Shown in pieces: positions 13,124 to 25,425 of a stretch of 64,000 nucleotides of DNA. Under the pieces are notes generated by a model. That model saw only the letters and a list, made by a program, of their open reading frames with translations. It was not told the origin of the DNA and did no database searches. A program made the translations under genes and the position numbers. Numbering within the stretch: the first letter of the stretch is position 1; every line of letters starts with the position of its first letter. Source of the stretch: Isurus oxyrinchus (Eukaryota); contig JANJGN010000034.1 in NCBI GenBank assembly GCA_026770705.1, forward strand, positions 3,224,001 to 3,288,000. Reading direction: 5' to 3'.

Positions 13124-13150
13124 TGCATTTCAGCTGAAGGTTTTCTAATT
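13124..13150 (-). CDS. Microexon E8 (27 nt, phase 1-1, class C); peptide ELENLQLKC
   Basis: Minus strand reads ttccctctgcag|AATTAGAAAACCTTCAGCTGAAATGCA|gtaagta. 23 of 27 nt are identical to E12. Confidence 0.9.
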
Positions 13151-13829
13151 CTGCAGAGGGAATTCACCTTACATTGGTTAAACTGGCATACCGAATGCAA
13201 TTAGCTCAATAATGGATGTGCAGGCCAGGAAGTGAAACAGAATAGACTATTACAGCAAGAACGCTGCCATTGCCACAATTTGGCCTGTGCCGTCTATTTA
13301 CAGAATTCATGTAATTATTCTCAGTTGTGAACGCTCCTTTAAAGCCCCGAACATCTTCCCTTAATATAAAACTAAATATTCGTGAGGTTTGTTTCAGCAT
13401 AAATGAAGTATCAGTTATCATTCACACTTCAACGTGGTGACTTGGAAATCTGCACTGGTACTTTATTTAACTGCCATGTTTCTACTATAAGAACTAAAAT
13501 GGCAGAAATTCTTATTGTCCCTGATGCCGCCCGTTAGATTTGCCGTTATAAAGTTGTTGGTATGCTTCAGTAACAGTCGGTAGGTGGGGATATTTTCAAG
13601 CCAAGAGTCAATACTGATGGGCAAATAAATATCTGTAATTAGGCACTTAGGAGGCTAATTTAAAGCGTGCATAATAATGTTGCTTCGAATCTGGGATGTT
13701 CAATTCTAGGCCTCAGAAGTCTAAAGTTGTCAATGATTCCTTAGGAACAGTTTTAGGGTATATTTTATATCTGGAGCTGCGTAGAATGCGGGACTCTTTG
13801 CCACATGGAGTAGCAAGATGCACTGAGGT

Positions 13830-14030
13830 GGAAATTATATAAACGGTGGCAGCGAGAAACAATGTTGACGTTGTGAATCCAATGTGCGTCTTTTACCGAT
13901 GAAGAGTCACGTTGGATTAGGATGGTTACCTCTATTGCTCCTTCCACAGATGCTGGCATACCTGCTGAGTTTTTTTTTTCCAGCATTTTCTGTTTTTTTT
14001 TAAATTTAAGATTTCCATTATCTGCAGTTT
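13830..14030. mobile_element. Penelope-derived short palindromic repeat
   Basis: The arm ccacagatgctggcatacctgctgagttttt..ccagcattttctgttttt is shared with 49830-49900 (inverted), 50520-50590 and 56560-56735. Confidence 0.6.
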
Positions 14031-16129
14031 TCATTACTTATTTATCCGAGTTTGACTTGCACGGTCTTTATCCAAAAATTGGATATGTCTGTAGATGTTG
14101 CACAACATTTGATGTTCCTTATGGCCTAAATCTACCACTTGAAGTATTTTGAAGCAACATAAAGGGCCGGAACAGATGTATAGAGAAGTAAATACAGCAT
14201 GTGGAAGTAGCTCCCTTCTTGCACATCTTGTCTGTCCTGCAACACTGCGTCCATGATCTGACCTTTTACGGTTCTGTTTAATTTTATAACGTTTTAACGC
14301 GTTTCAATTTGGCCAGATGTTTTGCTTGCATGCCTCAGATCCAGCTTTAGCCTGCTTAGTATATTGGTGAGCTACTTCCCTTTCAGTGTTTCCCTTTCAG
14401 TTTTATTTTACTACTGAGTTTCTAACTTGATTCCCTCACAATCCCCGCCTTGGGAACAAAACCAGTTGTACAGTAGTAAAGCTGTCTTTACAAACGTGTC
14501 GAAATATAATAAGCTCTTATCATGGTAAGCATCCTAGACTGATAATTAAAACTTATGCACATAACCTTTTTCATATTTCACAATTGCTCATGTCACATTT
14601 GCAAAGTTACGTGGGATTGATCAGAAGAAGATTTGTAAATGCAAAAGGATTAGCTGGATTCAAACCACAATGAAATTGCAACAAGTCAGAAGCTCCATTC
14701 TCTCTTTATTTCCCCTTCTTTAAACTATTGGCAGCTCAACAACAACACAGTTGTTTTGTTTTTCTTTATGCTCTGGCGACATGCTTAGCTCTTACGTTCG
14801 CGAATTGCTGCATCCATATCCAGCGAAAATACTGAAAATTCCACGTGTGGAAGTGTTTGTGAAGATTATGATCAGTGTTAGTTAATGCCTCTCATTGATT
14901 AATAGAAACAAATATTTGAGAATGCTGAAGAATCAAGACATGACTTAACGTTTCCTTCCTGCATTTGTTGGATTCACGTAGATTTGATGGAAGTTCTCTC
15001 TGGAAATCACTAAATGGACTCTCCATCCCAGTATCATCATCTTCTGGCAGCACTATATCTAGAGCTACATCAGTAGGGTCAATATCTTTTTGATATTTCT
15101 GTTAATCTGGAGGAGCCAAAGGGTTCAATTATTAAGAGGGCCATGGTCCAGACAAAGATGGCCTGTCACGACTCTGTCCAGTAACATCACACTAGAATTT
15201 GAGACAATCTTCCTATAAAAAACATACATTTAGAAGAGCTATCATATTTCTGCTTTCGTTGTAAGGTCTGGAAGGTCAATAATATCTTGCACTTCAGCTT
15301 CCCTGGGCAGTTCTCGAATTGGCGCCATGACATGTCCCAAAACTACTCTTTGCCTTTGGCAAACACATCTTCGCCAAACGTATCTACAAATTGGCTTGCA
15401 GCATTCTATCACATAATACCCTTCAGCGCTTCAAATGCCCCTCCAAGTTATCAGTGCAGCTCAATAGATCACCAATAAACACAATACATTTGTGTAATGC
15501 AGGCATTACTTGGTTTGCCAATCTTTGAAATGTATGCAGTGCAATTTTGATTCCAATTAGCCAATCGTTGCATTGTTATGTGCCATTTGGGTCTACGAAG
15601 GCTGCGACTCCTTTGGCTTGACTTGTTAGTGCAACATGCCAGTCGTCTATTAGCAAACATATTTTTCTAACAAAGTCGGAATTTTGAACTCCATGACTCC
15701 AATCCTCAAGCCCTGGAACTGGGAATCATTTTTTTTTCTCTGCTTCGTTAGCTCTTTTTTCCCTGTGTAAAGAATCTGAGTGATTAATGAGGTTTTAACA
15801 ACAGTACCACTCGATAGTTCTAAATTCCTACATTTGGTCCAATGATACTGTGCAACATAAATTTAGTATCTTACTTGAGACAATTTTCCAATATAGAATC
15901 AGTAAGGATTTTGTTTGATGAATGTTTCCTTTCTCGCATCAACTATGTAAGACAAAACGCATGGCTAACGACATAGTTGAATAATTTAGCCTTCGACATT
16001 CCATAAAAAGCTGATTTTTTTTACAAACTTGGCTATGACACGCTGAGACTTCTCTGGAATGTGGTGCATCTTCTACCCAAACGTTTTAGCAGCTCCGTGC
16101 TGATCCAAATCATTACTCAGAGGGCTTGA

Positions 16130-16530
16130 TGTGAGGAATTTCTATCCATGTCTCATTTTTGAAATTTCGGGTATATTCATAACATTTTGATTCTTCACTA
16201 TCGGGCGAGATGCGAATGGCTATTATTCACAGCAAGGCTGAAATTGACTTAGTGTGGCATCAAGTAACTGCAGCCATGTGAATATAAATTCTATTCTGAA
16301 TAATTGTTTCTCCAAGTACCCCATCCACCGAAATTAAACTGACTGGTCTGTAATTGCAGAGCAGACTTTTGAAATCTTTTTTGAACAACGCTGTAATGCT
16401 TTCAATTCTCCAGTCCTCTGCCACCTCCCCCGCAACCAGGGAACATTCAAAGATTATTGCCAATGCCTCTGCAATGTTCAATCTCAATTCCTTCAATATT
16501 ATTGGATGCATCTCAACCGGCCTCAGTGTA
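16130..16530 (-). mobile_element. CR1 LINE ORF2 fragment
   Basis: The ORF 16260-16511 translation MHPIILKEL..IAEALAIIFECSLVAGEVAEDWRI..ITALFKK...NYRPVSL is the canonical CR1 pre-RT motif. Confidence 0.85.
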
Positions 16531-18859
16531 CTTTAAACAAAGTTTTAAATGTTCGAGCTTCATGTGTCAGTTCTGTATGGTTTTTATTTTTTTTTTGGGG
16601 GGAAAAGTTAAACTGTTTCCCAGGTATTATGAGAGATTTTGACAGACTAAATCAAAAGTTGGGAAATTAGTCTAAGACTAATTTCTTCTCCCTGCTGCAC
16701 AACACCTTCTTTAATTAATATATGTAGCCGCTGTATTTCAAGTCCTTAGAAGGCCACACAGTTTTGGTTATGATATCATACATGTTTAAGGGTAACTGTT
16801 TGAAAACGATATGCCTGCTAAGGAGGGGAAAAAAGTTCTTCAACAACCTTTGTCCAGAAAACAGACGTATGAAAAGACAAGCTGGCATCTTTCTGTGTTG
16901 TTCCGAAATGTTATCAACCTGCTAACCTCAAGAAGGTTCGCAAAAGGAATGTTGAAAATCAATTTGTGCCCCAGGAATGCAAATGAGGTCCTTCCTCTTG
17001 CTGATCGCCTTTCACAACAAAGGAAATGAACCGAAGCAGAACTTAATGAAAAGCTAATGAAGAGTCCCTGGTCAGAGCAAGGGTGTTTCAATGGCCGATG
17101 CCAGATATGCAAGCACGGTTCTGACAGTTTATGAGCCGCTATCGTTGGGGTGCCATACGGCAGGAAGAGTCTGGAATGCCACAAGGGAAAACTATCTTGA
17201 CCATCACTAGAGAGCACCTTGAAACAGAAACTGCTTCTCAGCACGGAGAGAGGAATGAAGTTGTCCAGAAACAGCCATCCAGCTGCTGTGCTAAATCAGC
17301 TAAACAAGAACCACCGCACGCAATATCGGGAAAGTGAAAAAAAGAACCTTCCTTCACTTCCAGTAGCTGTTCTGTTCGCTGAGTCCACCTGAAAATACGG
17401 ACTCCAACCATTCAAGCAGAGAAGATATTGCAGCTGCTAAACGGAAACCTAAAGTTCACGGCCAGGACGACTGTTATTCAGAAGCATTTCCAATCAGGCT
17501 AGCTGATGAGTCTTTGTGAGGTGGGTGAGGTGAGGAGGTCCCGACTAAAGCTAAATAGCCCTTGTTAGGGTGCTAAATAGCTGCTGACCAGGCACTGTCG
17601 GCCGGGTGTGTTCTGCAGCGACAATTCAGAAGGCAGGAACGGTAAGCCCCGCCTTCGGAAAATGCTGGAGCTGATTTCCAGAGTCAGTTTGAATTGTAAT
17701 TTCCTTAGAAAAGGGAAGGGTGAGTTGCATTTCGAAATAGTTTCTTTTTTTTCAGTTTCCCTTGACAGTTAAGATCTGTCAAAACAAATTCCACTTTGAA
17801 AGCAAGGATTCCATCAGAATATCCGAGAGTAAGAAAATAATCAGAAGCAAATAAATGTTAATGTCACGGCAAAAGTCAAGTAAATTTGAACAGAAAACAC
17901 ACTGCAACTAAGAGAATATTTTAACCTGAGCCTTTGACAATCCGACCGGTTGAAAAGTCTTCACCATGGATTTAAAATTGCCCTATCTTTCTTTCTCTAT
18001 TTATTTATGTATTTACTTCCTTCCTTCTATATTTCTTTCCCTCTTCTTCTTCTTCTTCAACTTCTTCCATTTCACTCTGAGTGCCACAATGCCGCTATAT
18101 CATGTCTATATATCCCTTCCCGCCAGTCGGCAATTCCTGTACAATTCATGCTGTCTTTAAGCCTCTCACAGTGTTACTTATCCATCTGACACTGGATATT
18201 TCCCATATCTTTCATCTGACAAATCCAATTTCCATCACTAGCCTCAACAAATCACTGCTCTTTATGCACAATACATAATCATTTTATTTCATTCTCTATT
18301 CTGTCATTTTTTTAGAGGTTATCGCAATCCTCACCGTCTCTCTGTTGTATTTCTTCATGATATTTCCTTTCCTTGTCTCTCCAAATAATTTATGCCAACG
18401 TCTCCATAGCATTACGATCCAGTCTTTGTCCATCCCTTCTTGAAGCTTCCCACTGTATAAAAATGTTGATCTCACAATTATATTTTGATCGTTTCAACTA
18501 AGCTTCAGCGCTAATTTTCAATCAGTGTAACAATCCGCTGCAGTCCTCCCAATTATTTCAACTGAAGATCCTCCTTTGCCTTATTTATATTCATACACGT
18601 TTAGTTCGGATGCTCTTCTTTCGTTCACACATTAGTTCATACTTTGGATCGTTGGTTTCCAGAATATCATCTCCCTATCGTTCTGTGATATTACTTCATC
18701 AATAGGAAACCGACATTAAAATAAATGAGCAGGAAAATAAGGCAGGCCTCATCCTGTGCGACTACTTCAGGAGTCACCACCTAGTCACATTCTCCTTGTG
18801 ATATTTTACATATTCTCCATATTCACCATTCTCCAAGAGCAATGCCGCACCGGAGAAGC

Positions 18860-19460
18860 GCTGCTGTTTATGCTAAATATTAATACAAAACTATATAAAA
18901 GACTATTTCGGCCTCAACTGGATTTTCGTGCCCAATTATGGGCAAAGTCTTTTATGAAAGAAGTGAGTGCATTTGAGAAGATAAAAGAACGATTCAAAAG
19001 AATGCTTCCAGGGGTGAAGAACATCAGTTACGTGGATAGATTGAAAAAAAGAAAGTGATTGTTTTCAATGAATTTGAGAAATATAAGAGGAGATATGATG
19101 GAGGTGCACAGAGTCTTGATAAGCAGATAAAGATAAACTGTTCCGGTTAACAGGCTGAAGTAAAATCGCAAGAATGTCAATTAAAAGTGATCCTAGAAAG
19201 AAGCAACGACAGAATGGAGATTTTTGTTCTGAACAGCGGGTGGTTAGGATCTGGAATGCAGTATCTGCGAATATCTTTTGCGCAGAAACAATAAAAGGCT
19301 TCCAAATAGTATCAGGTGACTTTATGAAGCGAAACAAATGGTGGATTACAATTAAAAGGTAGGTAACTGGAACTAGCTGACTTTTCACCCAGTGTGACAT
19401 TTCTTAAAACTTGAATCGAATGGGGTATTTCTGTGCTATAGTCATTCCAAGATTTTATGG
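18860..19460 (+). mobile_element. CR1 LINE 3' fragment
   Basis: Translation LYKRLFRPQLDF.AQLW...EKIKERFKRMLPG...SYVDRL and FCSEQRVVRIWN match CR1 C-terminal motifs. Confidence 0.85.
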
Positions 19461-20318
19461 CCCATGTTCCTTGCCTGGTCGGCAGGGCATTTTACAAAGT
19501 GGAGAAAAAATGCAAATGATACAATATATAAATACATACACACAGGGTAGGACAATAGATATGGAGTGTGGAAATCCATTGAAAATCTTAGAGATAAATC
19601 ATCCCAAGCTATAAAAATCGGTATTGAACAAATAAAACTTATAATTGTGTAGCGTTAATCTCGAAAATTAGCTTAAAATTGTCCTTTTGTTACCGTTCTT
19701 TATGACAGTGGTTACAGTTGATCAGACAAGATCCTATTTTTTAATGCCTCTGAAATTAACTTCCTGACTTCTGTCTCCTCTCAAAATGCTCCATCGGTCC
19801 TTCCTCATTCTCTCTACACAGCCCAGGTACTGCATGCCTGCGACAGTTCGAGTAAATCACCTCTGCTAACTTTCCAACTTTTCTGGTTGGCCATGATTTG
19901 ACGCAAAATCCCAACTGGAAACTTTCGAGAGCTGTATTTATGCTAATATTAACTTCTCTCCTCGTTTGTTCCACACCTACAATTCAAAAGTGACACATGT
20001 GTGGGACGTTCTAACCGCATGTGTAATTAGCCCTGCTTTCTTCACAGATTCCCATATAAAATATCCAAGGCCTCTTTGTTTCTATGTCCTTAAAAAAACC
20101 CATAAAATTGGGTTATGTTGTCCTGCTTCAATTTTCTTTCATTTTTTACGTCAGTTGTTCCCTTATGTTCCTGACAAATGGAAATCTACCGCTGAAGCTT
20201 ACGTCATGAATAAATTGAATGAAAAATAACTTTCTGACATTCAATTCCACGATCACCATAAAGAAAGGAACTAGGTTTAGCTCAATTAACAGATTAAGTG
20301 CAGTTTTGAATTTCAAAC

Positions 20319-20345
20319 CTTTTTCTTTGTTGCTCAATTGCATGT
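20319..20345 (-). CDS. Microexon E7 (27 nt, phase 1-1, class B); peptide NMQLSNKEK
   Basis: Minus strand reads tatcttttcttgtatcaacacag|ACATGCAATTGAGCAACAAAGAAAAAG|gtttga. The 3' half nearly matches E11 (AACAARGAAAAAG); the donor is weaker. Confidence 0.82.
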
Positions 20346-21083
20346 CTGTGTTGATACAAGAAAAGATAAACTTTTGTTGGCATTGTGTTCAATAATGCAG
20401 ATCGACAGGATCTGCTGAATTGCTGAAGTATTTCAGATAAGATAACAAATGCAGACAAAGCCAACTGAAGTTAATTTACAATGAAATACCACAATAGACA
20501 ATTGATTAATTGAATAAAATCCACACCGACCAAACTTTAATGCTATTGATGTTACGTTATTGCTTTGGGTAGCTCTGTGAAGGAAACATTGCTGAAAATG
20601 GAACGGCAAACTATTCCTGCCTGACGTCTGTATTGCTGTGGAATAGCCTCCAATTCAGGTTGTATCACAAGCCCAGGTCAATGTTCGAAGCTTGAAGTCG
20701 TAATTCGGTGCTCCCCCACTGGTTGCAGTGTGGAACGGGGCCATTTGCACAAGGGCCACAGCGCCGAAAATTAGCGAAATTATTCGACATGAAGATACCT
20801 TTCAATCTCCCGCTCTCCTATTGCTATCAGATAGACTTGCTCACTAATGAGCAACGGAACTTTTAATAAGGTTAAATGAAGAATATACTCCGCTTAATCT
20901 CCGGTGTCCTTCAGAGGTGGGAAATTGACGAACCACCACCCCCCCCCCCCCACCCCCCCGCCACCGCCCACACGGCGGCAACATCTTCTGGTCCAGCGGA
21001 AGTGAAGGGGCTTTTGAACGGCAACTGAATGCAGGAATTTAGTGCTCCGCCTCCACCGTGAGGGATCCATAAAATTCGTCCAT

Positions 21084-21146
21084 GTGTGTTTGTGTGTGAG
21101 AGAGAGAGCGTGTGAGGCAGGGAGATAGAGAGAGAGAGAGAGAGAG
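21084..21146. repeat. (TG)n/(GA)n compound microsatellite, with a poly-C tract nearby at 20934-20960
   Basis: Direct reading. Confidence 0.9.
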
Positions 21147-21744
21147 TCATTATTCAATTTACATTTTTTTGCGTCTGAATATTTAGGCCAAGTTTAACTT
21201 CTGTCTCTGGAGGCTAATGAATTATGAGATTCGCATGTCCGTTTTGAATTATCCGTGAATCTCAATGCTCGGATCACATTACACATCTTATGGTAAGTTT
21301 TTCGTAACCAACTAAAAACAGAATCTCCCTACACATCTTTCTTCGAACTCATGCATGGAAAGGTTTGTTTCATCAGTGGCAATAGCATTTATACGTGCAA
21401 TTTCCAAAGCAAATAATTAGCGTGAGCTATGCAGCAGCATGTGCTGACAAACCACGATCAGTGCCGTCGTACATTATGCTTTTTTATTTACACCTCTCGA
21501 CCCTGTGACTAGTTCATTTTCCAGAAAGTTAAGAAAATTGAAAGTTAAGGGAAAGCAACCGACCAAAAACTGGAAGTCACTGGCCCTTTGATAATGGATA
21601 AACTCTTAATGTACCCTTGGATGTATTGTATGAAAATTGCCATCCCAGGAGATGACAAATAATGTAACAATGGAGAAATAATGAGGAGAGACAGACTCAG
21701 GGATATGTTTGGCATCTCACGTGTTTACTCTCTGTCTATGTAAT

Positions 21745-22060
21745 GCTGTCCAAGGCTAGGGTGTCCAAAACTACGGGGCATAATCTGAGGATATGTGGTA
21801 AGCAATTTAGATTTGAGATGAGAAACTTCATTACTCAGAGGGTGGTGAACCTTTGCAATTCTAAAGAGGAGAAGGCTTTGGAGGCAAAGTCACTGAAGAT
21901 ATTTTAGAAGGAAGTAGATAGATTTCTAGACTCTAAAGGAGCCGGGGGGCTTGGCGGGGGATTGGGAATATGGCGTTGAAGTAGAGACTCAGCCATTACA
22001 GTTTAAATGGTGGACCTAGTTTTAAGGGTCGAATGCATGCTCCTGCTCCTATTTTCCATT
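21745..22060 (+). mobile_element. CR1 LINE 3' end
   Basis: aactacggggcataatctgagg...ttactcagagggtggtgaacct..., ending in a gggtcgaatgcatgctcctgctcctatttt tail. Confidence 0.8.
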
Positions 22061-22899
22061 TTTCTAAGAACGAATTTCAACAGGAATGCTCTTCTAAAGT
22101 TATGCTACCCTGACGGTATGATAGGACATTCCAGGATGCTGTTTGCACTTTTTGAACAACCATGAAACTGTGTGCAAAGGACAAGTGCTTATACTCTGTT
22201 TGTGGCACAGTCCCTGCGCCTGAATGAGAGCAGTCTGACAGCATAATGTAACTTGATCATTTGTTTATCTTTTGATAAAATATATGCCAATGCGTTAAAC
22301 ACTGTGAACATACAGCTTTATTAAGAGAGTAGAATATTGTCTGCCTATTAGGAATAGTTCTAAGAATAGGATGTCAGCTTTGGTTACCTCTGTGTTAAAA
22401 TCGCATTGCAAGCAGAAAAATAGAGAACGACACTCAACTGCAACGTTGAAGGAGTATTCTGCCGTTGAAAATCCATCTTCCCAGTGAGACGTTCAACGCT
22501 GGCGCCGCCTGCTCTCCAAACTGGACTGAAACCGACTAAAGATTTCGATTTCAAGGATGAATAGGTTCGTTATCGTCATTTTCACGACCAACATCTACTC
22601 CAACATGTAAATATCAATTTGTGCTTGTCTTTGTGGTTGAGTAATTGTTGGCATATTGTTTGCCGACGTTTCTGTAAGATTATCATCCAAAATCATGGCT
22701 CCAAAGACCATAACAATCGCAGTATAAAAATAATTCTTTCCTCTGTTGATAATATTGCTCATTGCTCAACCTGATATGACATCAAGAAAGGCCGACTAGA
22801 ATCGCTGCAGAAATCCATAATAGATACTTTTGCGCATAGTGGACACATTCTTAGGAGCCGAAAAGTTTTATATATGAAATTGCAAGCATTTAATGAATC

Positions 22900-23600
22900 C
22901 CCCAGTACCTCTGCATCCCAGAAAATGTGCACGATATAGGGAATTAACTAAATGAAGGAAGGTTGCAGAACTCGGTGTTACAGAAGGATGTAGGTGTCCT
23001 GGTGTGTGAATTATGTAAAGCTACCTTGCAGTTATTACAAGCGAAAGAAGAGGAACATTGAATTTTGGCGATTATTGCAAGAGCAATAAATTATAAAGGT
23101 AGGGAACTTGTACGCTACTGTACATGGCTATGGTGGGACCACTTCTCGGCAACTGTGAGAAGTTTTGATGTCCTTATTTTCTATTTACATTTCAAAGCAA
23201 TTTAGTTAAGGCTCACTGGACTCAATTCTGTGTTGAAGGGTTTGTCCTATGAAGGAATGTTGAAGAAGTCAGACCTTTATCGATTAGAATTTAGAAGAAT
23301 GAGAGGTGATTTTATTGAAACATATCAGATCCTGAGGTGACTTGACAGGCTGAATACTGATGGCTTTTTCTTCTTGTGGGGAAGGCTATAATTAAAAAAA
23401 TAGCACATCTCGCTTTTAAGGCATAGTTAACGGGAATGTATTTTCTGCCAAAGGGCCCTCGATGTGTGGAATTCTCTCACCCAGACCATAGTGGATGTCC
23501 AGTCATCATTTCTTTTCATCGGAGAGCTAGACAGTTTTTTCTCAGTAAAGTGAGCAAGTGGTATTGTACAAGAAAGAAAAGATAAACTGTGCTGCACATA
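22900..23600 (+). mobile_element. CR1 LINE 3' ORF2 fragment
   Basis: cagaaggatgtaggtgtcctggtg (DLGVLV-like) and tttagaagaatgagaggtgattttattgaaacatat (RRMRGDLIETY-like). Confidence 0.8.
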
Positions 23601-24699
23601 CCCAGATCCACTGAACTTCAAGAAAGACCTTTTCGACTGAATTAACCGGAAGGCAAAAACTATAAATGATGCGCTGTAACTTCCCTTGAAACCACTGTGA
23701 AGGACTTCACTATGCTTGATTGTGCCAAATTAATAAGTGGAAAGCAAGTAGTGATTTTGTTGAAGGTTCAGGGCAGGTATTTAAAGAGCGAGTTTTCCTG
23801 GATGAACTTGGGCACTCTGAAACAGAAATGCCAAATTTTGACTTCTGAGAGATTTAATTTGGATTTCATTCCAAAATATATTTGTACATACCAACACTAA
23901 TATGTTGATTGTGGGGTGCTGGTGCACAGTATGTATTTTTTTTTTTGATGGTGCTCCCCCATGGCCATATCTAGATCCAACAGTGTCGGCTAAAAAAAAA
24001 AATCCGCCTAATTTTAAACCAAGATCGGAAAACTATATCATTGCATTAAGTGTATGGCATAGCTGGTTAAAATGTTTTAACATAATTTCTTTAGAGGTAT
24101 GTCTAACAGTGAGGGAGCTGATACGAAGAGCATTATAATAGGGCAGTTCTAATATATATTAAATGAAAATTATAATTTAGGCGAGGGATTAAGCCGATTA
24201 TAAAATAATGAATATATAAACTAGGTCATTGATGGGCAGCCGCGACCTATCCTTTGCAATTTCTGCACCATGTGAACTTCCAGAAAACGTGAACAGTCTT
24301 AGTGTAAACGTTGTATCAGACATCTCTGCAGGTGCTTGAACTATTCCCCAGGATTTATCACTTGAGGGACAACTGGTAAGATGGAGGCCTATCAAGGAGG
24401 ACAAGTGCTTCTGAAATCGTATGTATCAAAACGTGTTCATTCCATGGAGAGTGAGGTTTCATGATAATAATTGGTGGGGCCAGCCAGCATCATTGGAAGA
24501 AGCAGAAAGAACAGCATCCTTGAAATCTGTTCCACTATCAAATGATAAAACAGATTTGGAGGCATCTGGAAATGTAGAAGTGATGTTTGGCGCCAGTGGT
24601 CAAGTGGCTGTAGTGGAATTATGAGTATTGAGTAGAATTGAAGTCATTATTTCTGCCATATTTCTGGAAGGAACACAATATTTGCAAGAGTGCATTTTG

Positions 24700-25425
24700 A
24701 GTCAAAAATAGTGGTCTGTCTTCCTCGTGCAAGGGGACAAGCGGCCTTGAGGAGGGTACAATATGTTCCAATTGGGGAATCATGTGAACATTATATTGTG
24801 CGGCACGTCAGTGTCTGACACAGCAAGCACAGGTAATGAGAACCGAGCCTCAGTTTTTCAGAAACTAGGGGTCGGGTAGAAGTTAAACAAAAAGTATCAT
24901 TTGAAGCCAATGATCGCAACTATGCGGAAAGTAAATTATACATCCTAACATGTGTAGAAATAAAATCATATGGAAGGAGAAGCTTGGCTTGATATTGGCG
25001 CTGGAGGGACGTCTTTATATAACTGCGGCTCTAGGACAAGTTCAAGTGCAGGAGCCCAGAATTCTAATAAAAGCAGAAGTGCCTTAACAGGTTTGGGCCC
25101 AATGGCTTTGAATGGAGGTTCACCAATTTGTTTGGGGAGTATTAAAATTATATTGGCAGTATGTTAGGTACCAGCACATAGAAGATGAAAGGAATGGCAA
25201 GATAGACAGAGGGGTAAGCAATTATGATTATTAGAGAAGGAAGGAAGGGCATACTTAAGAAGCACAGACAAGGAAAAACTAAGCAGAATAAAAAGTGAAG
25301 TATACAAATATATATGTAAACAGACAAAGTATGTTGAATACCTTTGGCGAGCTATGAAAGCAACCAGAAATGATTAAATAAGATGCAGTGGCAGTAAAGG
25401 TAACGTGCCTTATAAGCAGTGAGGG
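24700..25425 (+). mobile_element. CR1 LINE 5' portion (ORF1 end and start of ORF2 endonuclease), continuing at 28150-29150
   Basis: atatatgtaaacagacaaagtatgttgaata resembles the CR1 APE start LYxNARSIxNK, followed by a DVVAITETWL-like remnant. Confidence 0.5.

Noticed and set aside
16781-16816. 36-nt minus segment with a strong acceptor
   Set aside because: TAA in phase 1 and only a moderate donor, so it is incompatible with the chain.
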